Notes: generated from the sequence alone by a model not told the origin. 64,000 bases of DNA from Lingula anatina (GCA_051362555.1 CM120648.1:12892587-12956586), one strand, 5' to 3'. Positions 33,801 to 47,321 are shown, counted from the first letter of the stretch. Made by a program: numbers and translations.

Positions 33801-36800
33801 ACGTGTGCGTCTACCGCGTACTGCAATTATCTCCTGTAGACGGCGCGACAAGCCTTCAACATGGGCAACAAGTCTGTTATGTGGGATATTGTCCCATTCA
33901 TCCTAAAGAGCGTGGCGGAATTGGTCAAGATTATTTAGGAATTGGTTCTCCTCTGCAGTGCACATTCCAATTTATGCCACAGGTGCTCAGCAGGATTAAT
34001 ATCAGGACTCAAAAGCATTGTCCCATCCTCAGAGCCCTGTGTTTGTGCAACAAACCGTTTGCCAGACGAGAGCTGTGAGCAAGTGCGTCGTCACAATGAA
34101 GCCAGTAGTATCCCTGAAGTCACCTCTTGCAAATGGAGTGAGATTTCTGTTGAGAATGTTACATCAAAATGCCCCTGTTACGTTTTGTTCCAAAAGGAAC
34201 AATGTACTAATACCATGGGCTTGGAATGTTCTCCAAATGCGGATTGATCTAACACCTCAGGCGATATTATCCTGCACACACCCTTCCAAGAGGCATTTTT
34301 TAACATGTCTATGGACCCACTTTGACCATCGATGGGATACATCTTCAAGTACTGACTTTGGGGTTAACTCCAGGCTTTATCATGACTGCACACTTGCTCA
34401 CACCTCTCGCCTGGCAACTGTTTATTGAAGAAACATAATGGTCTAAGGATGGAACCACCATCTTTGAGCCCTGATATCAAACTTACTAATCAACTGTGAC
34501 ATGTATTGGAGTGTGCAATGCAAAGGAGAACTAACCCCATAAAAACGTGTGCCAACTCCCCCAACCTGTTTAAGAAGAATGGGACAATATCCTACAAAAC
34601 AGAATTGTCGCGCCGTCTACAGGAAATAATTGCAGTACGCGGTAGACGCACACGCTGTTAGGCACGTGATCTTTAATGAGAACACCCTAATGCAAATTGT
34701 GTGCGAATTTGGTGACATTTGATGGCGTCTTTTCAATTTTATAGACATTTCTTTACATCTTTAGAAGTCACAGTGAAACAGTCGATTTGAGGGGGTACCT
34801 CTTATAAATTTTACTAAATGGTATAAAATATGTATATTTTCACCACTATTTTGTATTTTTTAAACCATTAATCATGTTAGACACGGTATACGTAATAAAA
34901 AGCACTATTTCTAACAATTAACAGCTGTTAGGTGATCATTTGTAAATAAAAGTACATGGAAATGGGGGTGGGACAACCTTTTTGACCAATGCTATATATA
35001 TATATATATATCCTAAGATCTAATAAACCAACTGGTATATTTGATCTTTAAAATATACCTGGCTGTTGTTATTTGAAATGAATCATATGTTGGTAGTTAT
35101 TTCCGAACTGTAAGGTTATAATACGATTTTTAACTAAAATTGAGACTAAAATTTACTGACCAACGGTGGACAAACGAAAGACCTCCAGTACGGTTGCTTC
35201 CGTGAATGGCATCCTGGCCTTGTCTTCCATCTTGGCAACACGACCTTGACCTATGACCTTAAGTTAAACACATTAAATCTTATCGATCACTTAATTAAAA
35301 TTTTTAAATAAAAAAGCACGTTCATTTTGGAACATGTTTTTTTCACAAGCATAAAACCGTTGCAGCACAATCAAAATACATGTAAAAAGCCAACTTCTAA
35401 ACTATTAATATACCAGTCTCACGTGCTCAGTTTTATGACGTTACCTGATCAATTTCCTGTTGCACCCTCTTCTGAGCGTCCGGATGATTTACCATATGAA
35501 CCAGGGACCATCTCAAAGTATTAGCTGTTGTGTCGGTGCCAGCCAAATAGAGATCAACGATGATGCGAAATACGTTCCATTCTGAAATTTAAGCCCACTG
35601 CATGACTTAAAGTGTTTCATATATATTTTACAGCTACCTCGGTGAAACCACATACTGGTTTTTTGCACGTTTGTACATGTACCGGTATATATATGGATAG
35701 CCCATCATTGATCAGTCCAAGTTTACACGATCTATAGATTAGTTAGCACTTGATACTTGCTGGGTTTAATTTTTCAAACACAAATAATAATCCCATATTC
35801 GCATTTCATCAATGCAAGGTTAGATTTTTACGTGAACAGGTCCTTTAAGAGTAATATACATATACTGTACCTGTGTAGACCTCGGGATCTTCCTCCTCTT
35901 GTGTGACATTTATGAAGAGGTCAATGAAGTCCCGGATGTCAGTTGGATCAAAGGACTGGCGGTGTTTTTCGACTTCTTGTCGTATCAAACTATATAGCTT
36001 GTCCACAAGGGCGATCATCTTCTTCATCTGAAAAAAAGTTATTAAAACTTATACTTTATGGCATACCACCGGGAAAACGCACACGTGCATCTGACACTTT
36101 TTATCTACATATTGCTCAAATTGCGAGTGGAATAATTTGATCCTTTAGTAAGTACTAGTAAACTGATAATTATAAAATATAACACGAGGAACAAATGGAA
36201 AATACAGTATTTGGAAATTGATACTACGAAAAAGCTTTTGGAGAATGTACAAATGTAAAAGGCTTAAAAAAGAAACGGGTGAACTAATAATGGTAATAGA
36301 ATTTAAAAGAAATTACCGGCATGATGAACCGTGCCAAGTTGGTAAGTAAGACTGGCCCTTCGCCAAGTCGCAGTACCTCCTCTAGAACTGGCAGCATTTC
36401 TGGGGTGTCATTATAGTCATATCTGAAAGTCATTTGAAAATAAAATAAAAATGCTACATTTTTACTAAAATGCTTAATGATGCTAAATTAGATGTCCGTA
36501 CGCGGTATTTTGGAAAAATCAATTTCATGAATACGATGGCTAACAGCGACTAAATGTAAATTCGTCGAATTTTTACGAGTAGCCCCTTAATTCCCATCAA
36601 TTAATTTTATGACAAGTACAAAAAAGTTATGGGTACAGTGGTCTATAATTACCTTGTTCCAAATACAACGATAGAAATAATGTTGCTGACAGCTTTTCCA
36701 ATCCTTTCTCTGGGAGAGAAAGCCTTTCCATTTTCATTTTCAATGTTTTGCACCAAATATCTTGCCTCATCCTGAATTCTTTCTTGTAAACTTTTTCTTC

Positions 36801-37144
36801 CGAGGCCGAGATCTCGAAGAGACGAGAGCGTGAATCTCCTCAGTTCCTTCCATGCCTTCCCGGATTTAAATAAAACTCCAGCTCCTGCAGTTTAAGCATT
36901 GTGTTAAAAGACGAATAGGTATATACCTCCTACAGAAAGTTTCTAAATATCTTTACTTCCAAATACATGTACAAATGTCTTTACTACATGTATGTACGTT
37001 TTTTCTTTAAAGACCCGCCTAAAATACCTGTGCCTTTTCTCCTGCCTTCAACTTATCCCAGCGCTACAGCCAATAGGGGTTACTTCTAATGCTTTCTACA
37101 TGTACTCAGTAACAGTAATGGCGTACACAAAGATACTAAAAGGC

Positions 37145-37187
<43 letters not shown>

Positions 37188-38035
37188 GGATCGTGTGTAA
37201 ATACATGCACTATTACTACACAGTTCATGTTTAAGATAATTTAATGCCCTTTTTACGAACCACCCTGAACCTCATCAAGCAGCGGAGATTTATCAGATAA
37301 TCTAAACAGTGAAAAACTAAGTCGGTTGTGTTTGTGGCAGACCCAAGTTAACATAACCTACATACGTGAATATGAGACATAAGGTCATGGGTTAACTTTC
37401 CAAACAACAAATAGCATTTGAATTCGATACGAATGGTGAGTTCAGGAGGATCAACTTTCAATTTACCCCCTACCCCTCTTTTTTTTTTTTACCTCCGTGG
37501 GTCTTTTTCCCTCACACACGCGCGCACGTACAAACACACACGATTTCCACAATCCTGGATATAGCAATGTGCGACCATATACCGGGGGTAGAGGTACGTG
37601 AATTTGCATATACGATAATTGCATTCATTTATTTAAAAACTCGTAATTACCGTCTTTTCCAACTATTTGTCTTAAGAAATAGATCCAAGTAGGTCTGGCG
37701 CTGACAGTATCTGCGTTCTTCACGAAAGCCTCTTGGATCAGCTCATAAGTCCCCAGCATTATCATGTGCTGTTCACCAAATTTAACGTGCATGATATCTC
37801 CGTATGTATCATACCATGGAAGAAGATCTGTCGGTTGTCTTCTCCTACCGCTGATCATCATCTGTGGGAGACATCCCACTACGGGGAAACAGACAGGTCC
37901 GGGCGGCCATTTCACCCGAGGATTCCTCAACGACAGCATCCACAGACTTAACAACAACACTGCTACGAATATCAAAACAGTCGGCTGAGCAGCAGTTGAG
38001 AAAAACTCCATAACACCATGTACGGCGTTGGCCAT
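28506..38035 (-). CDS. Cytochrome P450, clan 2 (CYP2-like), copy 4; 8 exons, 500 aa, intact
   Basis: Exons 37651-38035, 36653-36884, 36317-36422, 35871-36027, 35445-35581, 35161-35257, 29397-29603, 28506-28687; GT-AG, same sizes; pre-heme segment reads MIAFSMG. Confidence 0.94.
28956..29262. mobile_element. Harbinger/Tourist-like foldback MITE in copy 4 intron 7
   Basis: Long TIR gatcgcattcacaacgagttgagccagg...; TSD TAA; empty site tataTAAgaca in copies 3 and 5; related fragment at about 44717-44815. Confidence 0.8.
29768..33368. mobile_element. Composite insertion of about 3.6 kb in copy 4 intron 6 (degenerate TIR element with nested fragments)
   Basis: Absent from copies 1-3. Imperfect TIR atacttcatggtatattaccacttcatgggata (29775) / tgtcccatgaagtggtaatatactacgaagt (33261); internal foldback at about 31165-31352; MITE arm at about 31075-31155; superfamily unclear. 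Confidence 0.55.
33462..34994. mobile_element. Tc1/mariner-derived foldback element inserted in the (TA)n tract
   Basis: Inverted repeats of about 390 bp with TA flanks; minus-strand transposase remnant SPDINPAEHLW...EWDNIP...RRLQEIIAVRG (Tc1 SPDLNPIE motif and C-terminus) with stops and frameshifts. Confidence 0.85.
37147..37183. repeat. (GA)n microsatellite in copy 4 intron 1
   Basis: Direct observation; shorter paralogous tracts at about 3948 and 21180. Confidence 0.9.
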
Positions 38036-39255
38036 ATTGAGCTTAGCGTGTTGATGACGCAAAATATTTGAAAGTTACAATTTCTATACCAGCACAAAGT
38101 GAGAAACAGTATGACGGTAACAATACATATAGCGGCCTAACCCCTGAAAGTCAACACGGCTCAAGGCCAATTCATGCTCCATTTAACCCGCTAGTAGTGC
38201 CAGCGTGTGCACGTGTACATACATGTATGATCATAGCAAACCTCAAAGGGGTTGCACTGAAAGTCTAAACAAAACAGTTTGTGTACAGGGGTCGGAGGGT
38301 GACGCCCCCCCCACCAGTCTCCCCCTTTCAGTCCCTTATCATGGTAGGGTAGCGAGGAAAATGAGCAAATAAGTGGAGAGAGCGCAGGCGACTGCTCCTC
38401 ACCCGTACAACCCATCTTGCTTGGCTTAAGAGAGAAGGGGACTCTTCCCCACCCATACAGCACACCTTGCTTTGTGTGGTAGGTACGGCATAATTGAAAG
38501 ATATAATAGTGGCAAATTTTTTCAGGCCTTCAGTGGGAGAAAACACGTATATAAACATTCAACCAGAAACCTAGATGTGCCATGTCTGCCTGCAGTTAAA
38601 AGTCAAAAACTGGGTCGATGTATTAAAAGGTAATGTCGCACTCAAACGTGTGAGGAAAATTACGCAACGCAAAGGGTACTTCGGCCTTCGTTGTATACAT
38701 CTTTTCATACGCGGGGGAGATGAAATGTTTTGATAAGCTTCAAAAACAAACTCATGCGCTGTTTATAGCTATACGTTTATTCTCATACGCTGAAAAAAGC
38801 GTATAATCAGTTTTACATACGATACTCATACGTACATACACTGTATACCTCTGTACACTAGTTGGCATGAGCACTATTACTTGTAACGTGTACAGTTCTT
38901 GGAGCAATCAAACTTTCCCCGCCTCATTAAAAGAATAATCCTTTCAGGCACATTGCAGAAAAGGATCTTCATCCGCCCCAGTGCACGTATCTATGGTTTT
39001 CAAAGTACGAATCTATTGATCAATATATACTTAAACAACTGCACGACGTTCTTTGCAGCGATACATTAAAAACGTTATTGCCAAAGGAAAAGCACGAAAA
39101 CCATTTCGAGACTAAACGAAGTATTTTAGTTTTGATACCGTCAGTCTGACAGTCACGTGTCAGACTCGGATTATCTGATGTATTTATACAGATACTGTTG
39201 TCCATGTACAAGTAGTAACCGGTACATTCATAGTAAGGTACAGTGTATCTCCGTT

Positions 39256-42200
39256 CTAGCGTCTAACAGCGCACACGTTGTAGGGGTATGGCGTGAAAGT
39301 GAACGTGTTGAGGCCTTCCACTCCATCGGGTGGTTTCTCGCCTTCTGGTACTTTGAAGGTAAAATTCTGAAGCAACGTGGTGAAGAAAATGAACGATTCC
39401 ATTTCCGCCAGTCCCTTGCCCAGGCAAATACGGGGTCCTGAAATAAATAAATAAATGAATAAAGCAGGAGCATTTAAAATGAATTGAAAAATAAAAATGA
39501 AATAAATAATATAGATCTTTAGTACTCCCATCCTTGGTTTAGGTTTACTTAGTCCGAATATGGCCTGATCTGAATCGAACTAAGGACCTTCTACTACAGT
39601 GAGTTTAATTATGTCATTTTAATAGCTGTGGTTTGCGTAATGGAGTCGGTTGAGGTATGATGTTTACATTTACAATATATATAAGACAGTTATTTTATGT
39701 TGATGCATGAGTGCAATTATAATCATAATTATTACTATTATTATTATTTGTCTTTTTAACTTATGAGATATAATGGATTTAAGAATAGAACACATGTACT
39801 GCTGCATACCCATAGAAAACGGTATCAGTTTGTCCGACTTGATCACTTTCCCATCGCTATCCAGCCATCTTTCTGGTTTGAACTTGTAAGGATCCTCGAA
39901 GTTATTCTTATCGTGGAGAACCCGGTACAAATCTCCCAGTATCATGGTCCCCTTGGGAATTGTGTGTCCGGCCAAGTTGGTAGTTTCACTGGTGGCATGG
40001 GGAACTCCAAAAGGGGCTGATGGCATTAAATAATAGTTTGTTTTCATATATTTTGCAGGCGTGCGAGGTGCATTGGGTTTGTATATTTGGCTTAAGATCC
40101 CTATAATCACCTATCATTTCCTGTTCAAAATGGGTGAGAAAAAACCATCCATAAACTTTTCAGTGAGCTCCAAATTTGCAAAATGTAAAGTCACGAGTGA
40201 AAGTCACCAATTTGTCCCTTTTTGTACTAGGGAGACGAAAAAACTTCTTACTAAGAATTGAATTTCAAAAATAAAATGCAAATAAACTACTAACCAACCG
40301 GTGACATACGAAAGACCTCCAGGATGGTTGCTTCCGTAAATGACATCCTTTCCTTGTCCTCCAACTTGGCAACGCGATCTTGACCTATGACCTTGAATAA
40401 AGCGGCAATAATAATAATACCGATAAAACCCGTGGATCTTGTAAAATAGACATAAACTGATAATAATGTCAATAGTTTGGCACCCCAAATAGCCTTCTTT
40501 CTCTATCTGTCACCATATTTGTTGTTACCTGATCAATTTCCTGCTGCACCCTCTTCTGAACGTCCGGATGATTTACCATATGAACCAGGGACCATCTCAA
40601 AGTATTAGCTGTTGTGTCGGTGCCAGCCAAATATAGATCAACGATGATGCGAAATACGTTCCATTCTGAAATAGTTAATAGACTGAAAAATATTTCTTAC
40701 TATTTGTTTGGGAAAATGTAACTAGACGTCTACTCACTATTTATTCGTCACGTAAATCAAGTGAAACCGGTTTCAGACAGGTTCTTTAACATGACCTGTA
40801 ACAGTTACCTGGTACGTACCTGTGTAGACCTCGGGATCATGTCCATCTTGTGTGACCTTAATGTAGAGGTCAATGAAGTCCCGGATGTCAGCTGGATCAA
40901 AGGACTGGCGGTGACGTTCGACTTCTTGTCGTATCAAACTATATAGCTTGTCAATGAGAGCGAATACCTTTTTCATCTGTAATTACAATTATTCAATTTT
41001 ATTAATCAAACGACAGCCTTGTGCTTAGTGACATTTTATGCCACTTCTATTAAATGAAATGCTCAAATTAGGATTAAGAATAACTGGATATTATATATAT
41101 ATTAAAGTAATAACATGAAAAATGAAAAATGAATAGGTAAAATGAACAACACATAAAAAGACAATAAAGAAATTATTTACCGGTAAAATGCGCGACAAGT
41201 TAGTGAGGGACAGTATTCCCTGGCCAGTCCTTATGGCTTGCTCCAAAACTGGCAGCATTTCTGGGGTGTCATTATAGTCATTTCTGAAATCGTTGGCAAC
41301 AAAATGACCTTTTTTAAATAAAAAAGTTATAACACGGTGGTTCAGATTACTTTGTGCTCTTTACATTCTGAAAGAATATCAATCGATTCTATTGTAATGT
41401 TTTTCTCAACAAAAGGCCGTCGTTATCTTTTTTCCAACTTTTTTTGCCTTCAAGTACCGGTACCTGCAGCATATTCACTTTCTACTAACAGTCATTATTT
41501 ACATTTTAACAATAAATGGACAATGAGAAGTTTTTTTTTGTTTTTGTTTACCTGGCTCCAAACACAATGATAGAAATAATGTTGCTGACAGCTTTCCCAA
41601 TCCTGCCTGTGGGACAGAATGCCTTCCCATTTTCATCTTCAAAATTCTGTACCAAATATCGAGCTTCATCCTGAATTCTTTCTTGTAAACTTTTTCTCCC
41701 TAGGCCGAGATCTCGAAGAGACGAGAGCGTGAATCTCCTCAGCTCTTTCCATGCGTGCCCGGATTTAAATATAACGCCAGCCCCTGCAGTTTATATAATT
41801 ATCAATTTGTTAGCCAGTATAACTTCTTTATATACATGTGTGCATCCTTACAATTTACGTTTTTGTCTTTCTGCACACACTAGCTTAATTAATATTAACA
41901 CCAGATGAACACGCGATAAATTATATGTACAATTTTGTTTCTGATAATAATAAGATTGGGCCATTACTAAGAGTATATTAAGCCATCAGATATGATCATC
42001 TGATCTCTTTTTTACACAGGCTCAGGTGTGACGGGAATGATAGTCCTTGGAATGTTAGTCCGGAGATAGTCGGGGTTAGTCGCATTATTGGGGTTAGGCT
42101 TCATTCACATGCAATGTCTATTTTTTAAATTCTATTTTCTATTCGCGGTATGTCTTATGATCACGGTCTGTGCCCTTAATATCCCGCGGCGTAATTACTG

Positions 42201-45200
42201 GCAGCGCGAGCCAGTTACTATAAGTTACTATAAGGGAAAGATTCAGAACAGCGCCCTGGCCTGAATTTTGATCTTACAAACTGACCTCGGAAACCACAAT
42301 ATTTTCTTTCATGCCCGAAATCTGTGATTTTAAATACTCGATCCCCACCATTAAATGTCCCACCGACCCTCACATTGACTGCCTCTCTTGTTAAAGAGCA
42401 CAATTCAAATTAATTTAAAAGAGACAAACTTAGCTGTTATTACAGAATCGGGATTCTTTATCATAGATTTTGTCTCGACTCCAGGGACGTCACAATTTCT
42501 TTTTCGCCCTATATATATATATCTTATTAAGTTGAATGGTCTTTATCGCAGCATCTTTATTTAAGTTCATTAAAAACCACAAATCAAAGGAATTGTGTGT
42601 ACGCGCCGTAATGTACATGATCTTTGGATGGTTATTTTAAGTAATCCGATGTTGATAATTTCGAATCCTATACATTATAGTACATATGCGTACATGGAAA
42701 GCATCAAAACAGATTAAAGGCATTTTCGCGTCGATCATTATACCGTTTTATTTGCATCTCATCTGTAGCGAACATTTGTTGCCAGATTAACGAAGCACCG
42801 CGCAATTATGTAAGAGAACCACGAAAATAGAGCACCCGCACCAGACACGGGCATTTAATTTTGGTTGGTCCGTAAAGGGCTTGTATTCGACCGGAGGCAG
42901 AGTTGTGAATCAATCTACAATTATTTATTCCCTTCATGCCCCCCCCCCCCGGGGGTCACTTGTAATTGATACTCCGTATCTTGATTAATGTGGAAGAATC
43001 AAAAGATGAAAAGAGTGCGCGGACGTGCTTTTGACAGGTCAGGTCACGAAGTAACGGATACGGCATCTCAGGCCACAAAATATGGCTTCACAGGGCAGTG
43101 AACAAACTGGAGAAATTTCCCTCTCCGTCAATATTCCGAGCATATATGGTCACCCTGCTTCCTTCATGTCTTTACAACAATTCAGTATCATTATGCTGAA
43201 TTCTATTACTGTTCTATTACTGATGTTGTATTCAACCATCTAATAAAATTTGATATTTGAAGAAAATTTTATTGCAGGATTTTACAATATCACCACTTTG
43301 CACCATTGCTATTATATGGCGCAGAGTACATGTTCCAAACAGGTATAGCTGCAAACAGTAAAATTGTTTGATATATACAATTATGTTGATCATAATAACT
43401 AAATCACTCTGCGGGCTAACTGTCTACGGGTTGTAGCCAAGATGTGTTCAGTTTATAACACTCTCCTCTAGTTCGGGACATTTACAGATTGTCTTTACCT
43501 CTCTCTCTCTCTCGTCATAAATCAAAGTCTCTGACATTTAACATTAGTATTTTAATTCAGGATATTTACAGAAATGTGTAAACATGATATTAATTCGAGA
43601 AAGGACATTTGTTAGTGTTTGTAAATGTTACAAAGGAAATTACCAAAAATATATAGCTTTCCATATTGAGAAGACATGTTCCTCTACTCCCCTTCTCCAG
43701 ATTTCCTGGCCCGAGGAGCAATATGTTTGTCCTAAGCTCTGAAGCTCTGAACGCGCTTGATAGAAACCAGATGTGGAGATAGTGAGATTTTATTGCCCGA
43801 GCCAGACTACCGACTTTCCAATCTTACAGGTTGAAATAAGTGTGTAAACTAGATAGGCACGAAACACGATAAAGTATATCAGTAGAAAGGCTCAACTTGA
43901 CTTATTTCATAACATAATAGTTGCTATGCCCTTATGCTCCTCTTCCCACCCTGAACTCTTGTAATAAATAATCATTTTTCTTTTCATATGAAAGATGAGA
44001 GCGTAAATTAACTTATCACAACCGCTCACGTTTTGCATAACGTTTTTATAAATGTTTCATATTACTTTTAATAACTGCTGACTGCTTTCCCAGTTAGAGG
44101 GTACAATGGCATAAACCAGTGAAAGTAATGGAACGTGTCATATATTTATTCCAATATTAATCTAAATATATGTGGCTCACATTTTCACTTTTTCGTTGAA
44201 AGTTTTCTCACATCGAACTCAATTAATTGGGTTGGAGTGTCTACATCTGTAGCGGTGTTTTAAAGGGTCATAAATGGACCAATTTTGAGATAGCGTTATG
44301 CGAGACTTAGGTAACTTTTATATAAACGGAAAATAATATACTATATGTAGTATCCTTGTGACAGAAGGTTACTCTGCAATTTATATCTTTCAATTTATGC
44401 TGTGAAATAATAGCCAGCTAGTCCGTTGATCTGGCGAATCAACCAAATGACCGTTAGTTGAGTTGCTTAACTGCAAGTAATTAATCCCCTCCCCTCCCCC
44501 CGAACGTCAAACTGGCAGGTTTCCAAATGAAGACTATACCGCAGAAAAAGTTTGGGGCCCAAAAGAGAGTCAGCCAAGTACACGTTTGGGGAACACGTTT
44601 GAACACGTCATGATGGACATTAACAGGTGTAGGACCAGAACAGAGCCTCTGGTAAACAGTTTAGAACCAAGGGACCGAACTTGATTTGAGGACCAGAAGA
44701 GAGGCTTTACAGACGCACATGAAAGGAAAACAGCCTAATATTTTAATAGTCTCTCCGCCTCTCACACGCCTCCCCATGTGTCGTCCCAATGGAGCCGAGA
44801 TTTAATGACTGTACCCCCGCAGGTTACCATTCCTGTCACACCGGCAACGAGGCGTGTGTGAAATCACCCGCCTCCCACTGTGTTCGAATGTCACCAGCAC
44901 AAAATAATGGGGAACGGACCACGGTCCACTGGCCGTCTCGAGCCCTTGACTCCAGAGTGGCGCCCCAATTAGGTAATAAAGGTGCAGTTTGCTTTGATGC
45001 CCAAGACATTATCATCCAAATTAACTAGCCTATCCGTCTAGAATTATCCAACATAACAAGTTTGTAGTTCGGTCTAATAGTTTTTTTTGTCTTGAGGATC
45101 TAAAGTAATAAAATTTTAAGGAATGTAATTTATCAATTGTCCAATGAATGAAAACAAACCTCTAGAAAATGACCTACTCAAGTTAATCTAAATAACATGA

Positions 45201-45885
45201 GGAAACTGATTAATCCCTAATGTTTAATTAGGATACCACGGTATATATATATATCCTGACCATCCTGTGAACTTCGTGTGTGCTGCGGGAATAAATCACT
45301 ATAAAAATGTTACTTTCACGTGTGGTTAAGATGCCATTCTTTTAGCTTCTGTTAATTATCCTAGGCTACTGTCCAACATTTTTAATCTTTTGCACCCCCC
45401 CCCCCCCCCCCCCCCCCACCACCACCACCACCATAAGCAAGATCCTAGGGCTACAGGGTACCTGTGTGCCTGCCTGGCAGTTTTAAGATCTCGTGCTTAC
45501 CGTCCTTCCCAACTATTCGACTCAAACGATATATCCAAGTTGGTCTAGCACTGACTGTAGCAGCATTCTTCACAAAAGCCTCTTGGATCAGCTCATAAGT
45601 TCCCAGCATTATCGCGTGTTGCTCACCAAATTTGACGTGCATGATATCTCCGTATGTATCATACCATGGAAGAAGATCCGTAGGTTGTCTTCTCCTACCG
45701 CTGATCATCATCTGTGGGAGACATCCCACCACGGGGAAACAGAGAGGTCCGGGCGGCCAGTTCACCCGAGGATTCCTCGACGACAGCATCCACAGACTTA
45801 ACAACAGCACTACCACGAATATCAAAACTGTTGGCAGGCCGGCAGTTGAAAAATACTGGAAGAGACTCTGTACGACGTTAGCCAT
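39256..45885 (-). CDS. Cytochrome P450, clan 2 (CYP2-like), copy 5 (most divergent); 8 exons, 499 aa, intact
   Basis: Exons 45501-45885, 41552-41783, 41181-41283 (one codon shorter), 40820-40976, 40529-40665, 40295-40391, 39810-40016, 39256-39437; same intron positions and motifs. Confidence 0.94.
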
Positions 45886-46574
45886 TTGCTGTCTCTTGGT
45901 TAAGACCGCGAAGTGCTTGATGATGACTTAATATAGACTACAATTTTTTCAATCTCCGCAATGTAAGAACTAGAATGGCAGTGGACACATTGCGGTCAAA
46001 CGCTTAATAGCCAACACGGGTCAAGGCCAGTTCCTGCATTCTTTTATCTGAGATACCTGTATGTATGCGTATTATATATAACAATCAACACCCGCTGCGA
46101 ACCCCCTCCACACTGCCCACTGAGCGATGACGTTAACTCCAGGCAGACAAGGGACAATTAAGGCTGTGAATATTTAGTGAAGAATCTCCTCGCTGGGGTC
46201 GTTAGAAGTCTCTTAATTACAAAATTGTTGAATCTCTTTCATGTCTGTGATCTGTACCAGAGGGTCTTGTGATATCAGAGGGTGAGAAAACTTCAACCTG
46301 TGGAACTGGTAGAGATCACACCGTACAGGTAGCCTACATGCACAGGGATGCTTCGCCTTGATGAAGAGTAAGTCCTTCTTAACCCAGAACTGCAACCTTT
46401 ATCACCGCTTTGTGCCTCTCTTGTGTGACCAAAGATATACCGAGGACGCTGAAGGGACGATAGCACCAGAAACCCGTGCCTCAGTGTAAACACCCTTATG
46501 TTTCCTATTAACAATAATATCTGTAATGTTTCTGTGTGTCGGATTATGACTTAGACACAATTCAAGGCTATATC

Positions 46575-47321
46575 AGAGCCCGTTCAGAACAGCAGACTAA
46601 CAGACCCGCGGATCAAATATGACGACCCATTAAAAAGCCTGCCGCTTAATTCCCGATTAGACACTGAATAAATTCTCCGCGGGGATTACACAACAAGCAT
46701 TCAAGTGGGTCAGTAATATTTGAAACGCGGATCTGTTAGTTCGCTGTTCTGAATGCGCTCTAAAACTAACATTAAGCGACCTGTGCGTCCACTGAGCCAC
46801 GTTATTGTGTACAACCACTGCATGTATGCCACCTGTGGAACTTAAGGGCTACCTAAGGGCTATCGGTCTAAGTAAATCGATCCAACTCTGCGGGGACTCT
46901 CGCTGAATGCAATCAGTTTAACAGATTAACGCGGGCCCTCCTGGGGTTAAGTAGAATACAGAAAAGCTGGTGATTATACAAACAAGAGGTGGAGTGTCAT
47001 TCAGTTAGGCCGATTGCACTTTGCGGTTCCCGCAGAGTTGGGTTGAACTACGTAGCCCGATCGTGTCTATGGGAATCGCGTCTATGAGCGCATTCAGATT
47101 CACACATCATACTAGCTGGGTCGATCCAACTCTGCGGGGGATTCTCGTTGAAGTGCAATCAGAGGAATCAGCTTAATTGTCTTACTCGTCTCCTTGACCA
47201 GCTAGTGGGTAATTAACTATAGTGTGCTGATTAAGCTGATTCCACTTATTGCACTTCAGCAAGTATCCTCCGCAGAGATGGGCCGATCCAGCTAGTACGA
47301 TGTGTGGATGTGAATGAGCCC
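46575..47321. mobile_element. Cluster of three foldback MITEs (46575-46761, about 46860-47083, 47086-47321)
   Basis: Each has long imperfect TIRs, e.g. gttcagaacagc..ctaacaga / tctgttag..gctgttctgaa and cattcagattcacacatcatactagctgg / ccagctagtacgatgtgtggatgtgaatg. Confidence 0.7.

Noticed and set aside
44955-44975. TGGCGCCC as an LTR-retrotransposon primer-binding site
   Set aside because: Only about 8 nt match, with no LTR ending in CA before it and no gag/pol remnant after it.
551-45885. The array as an assembly or haplotype artefact
   Set aside because: Each copy has private TE insertions with clean TSDs, private indels and distinct coding changes, and five versions exceed two haplotypes. 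Long reads would still be the definitive check.
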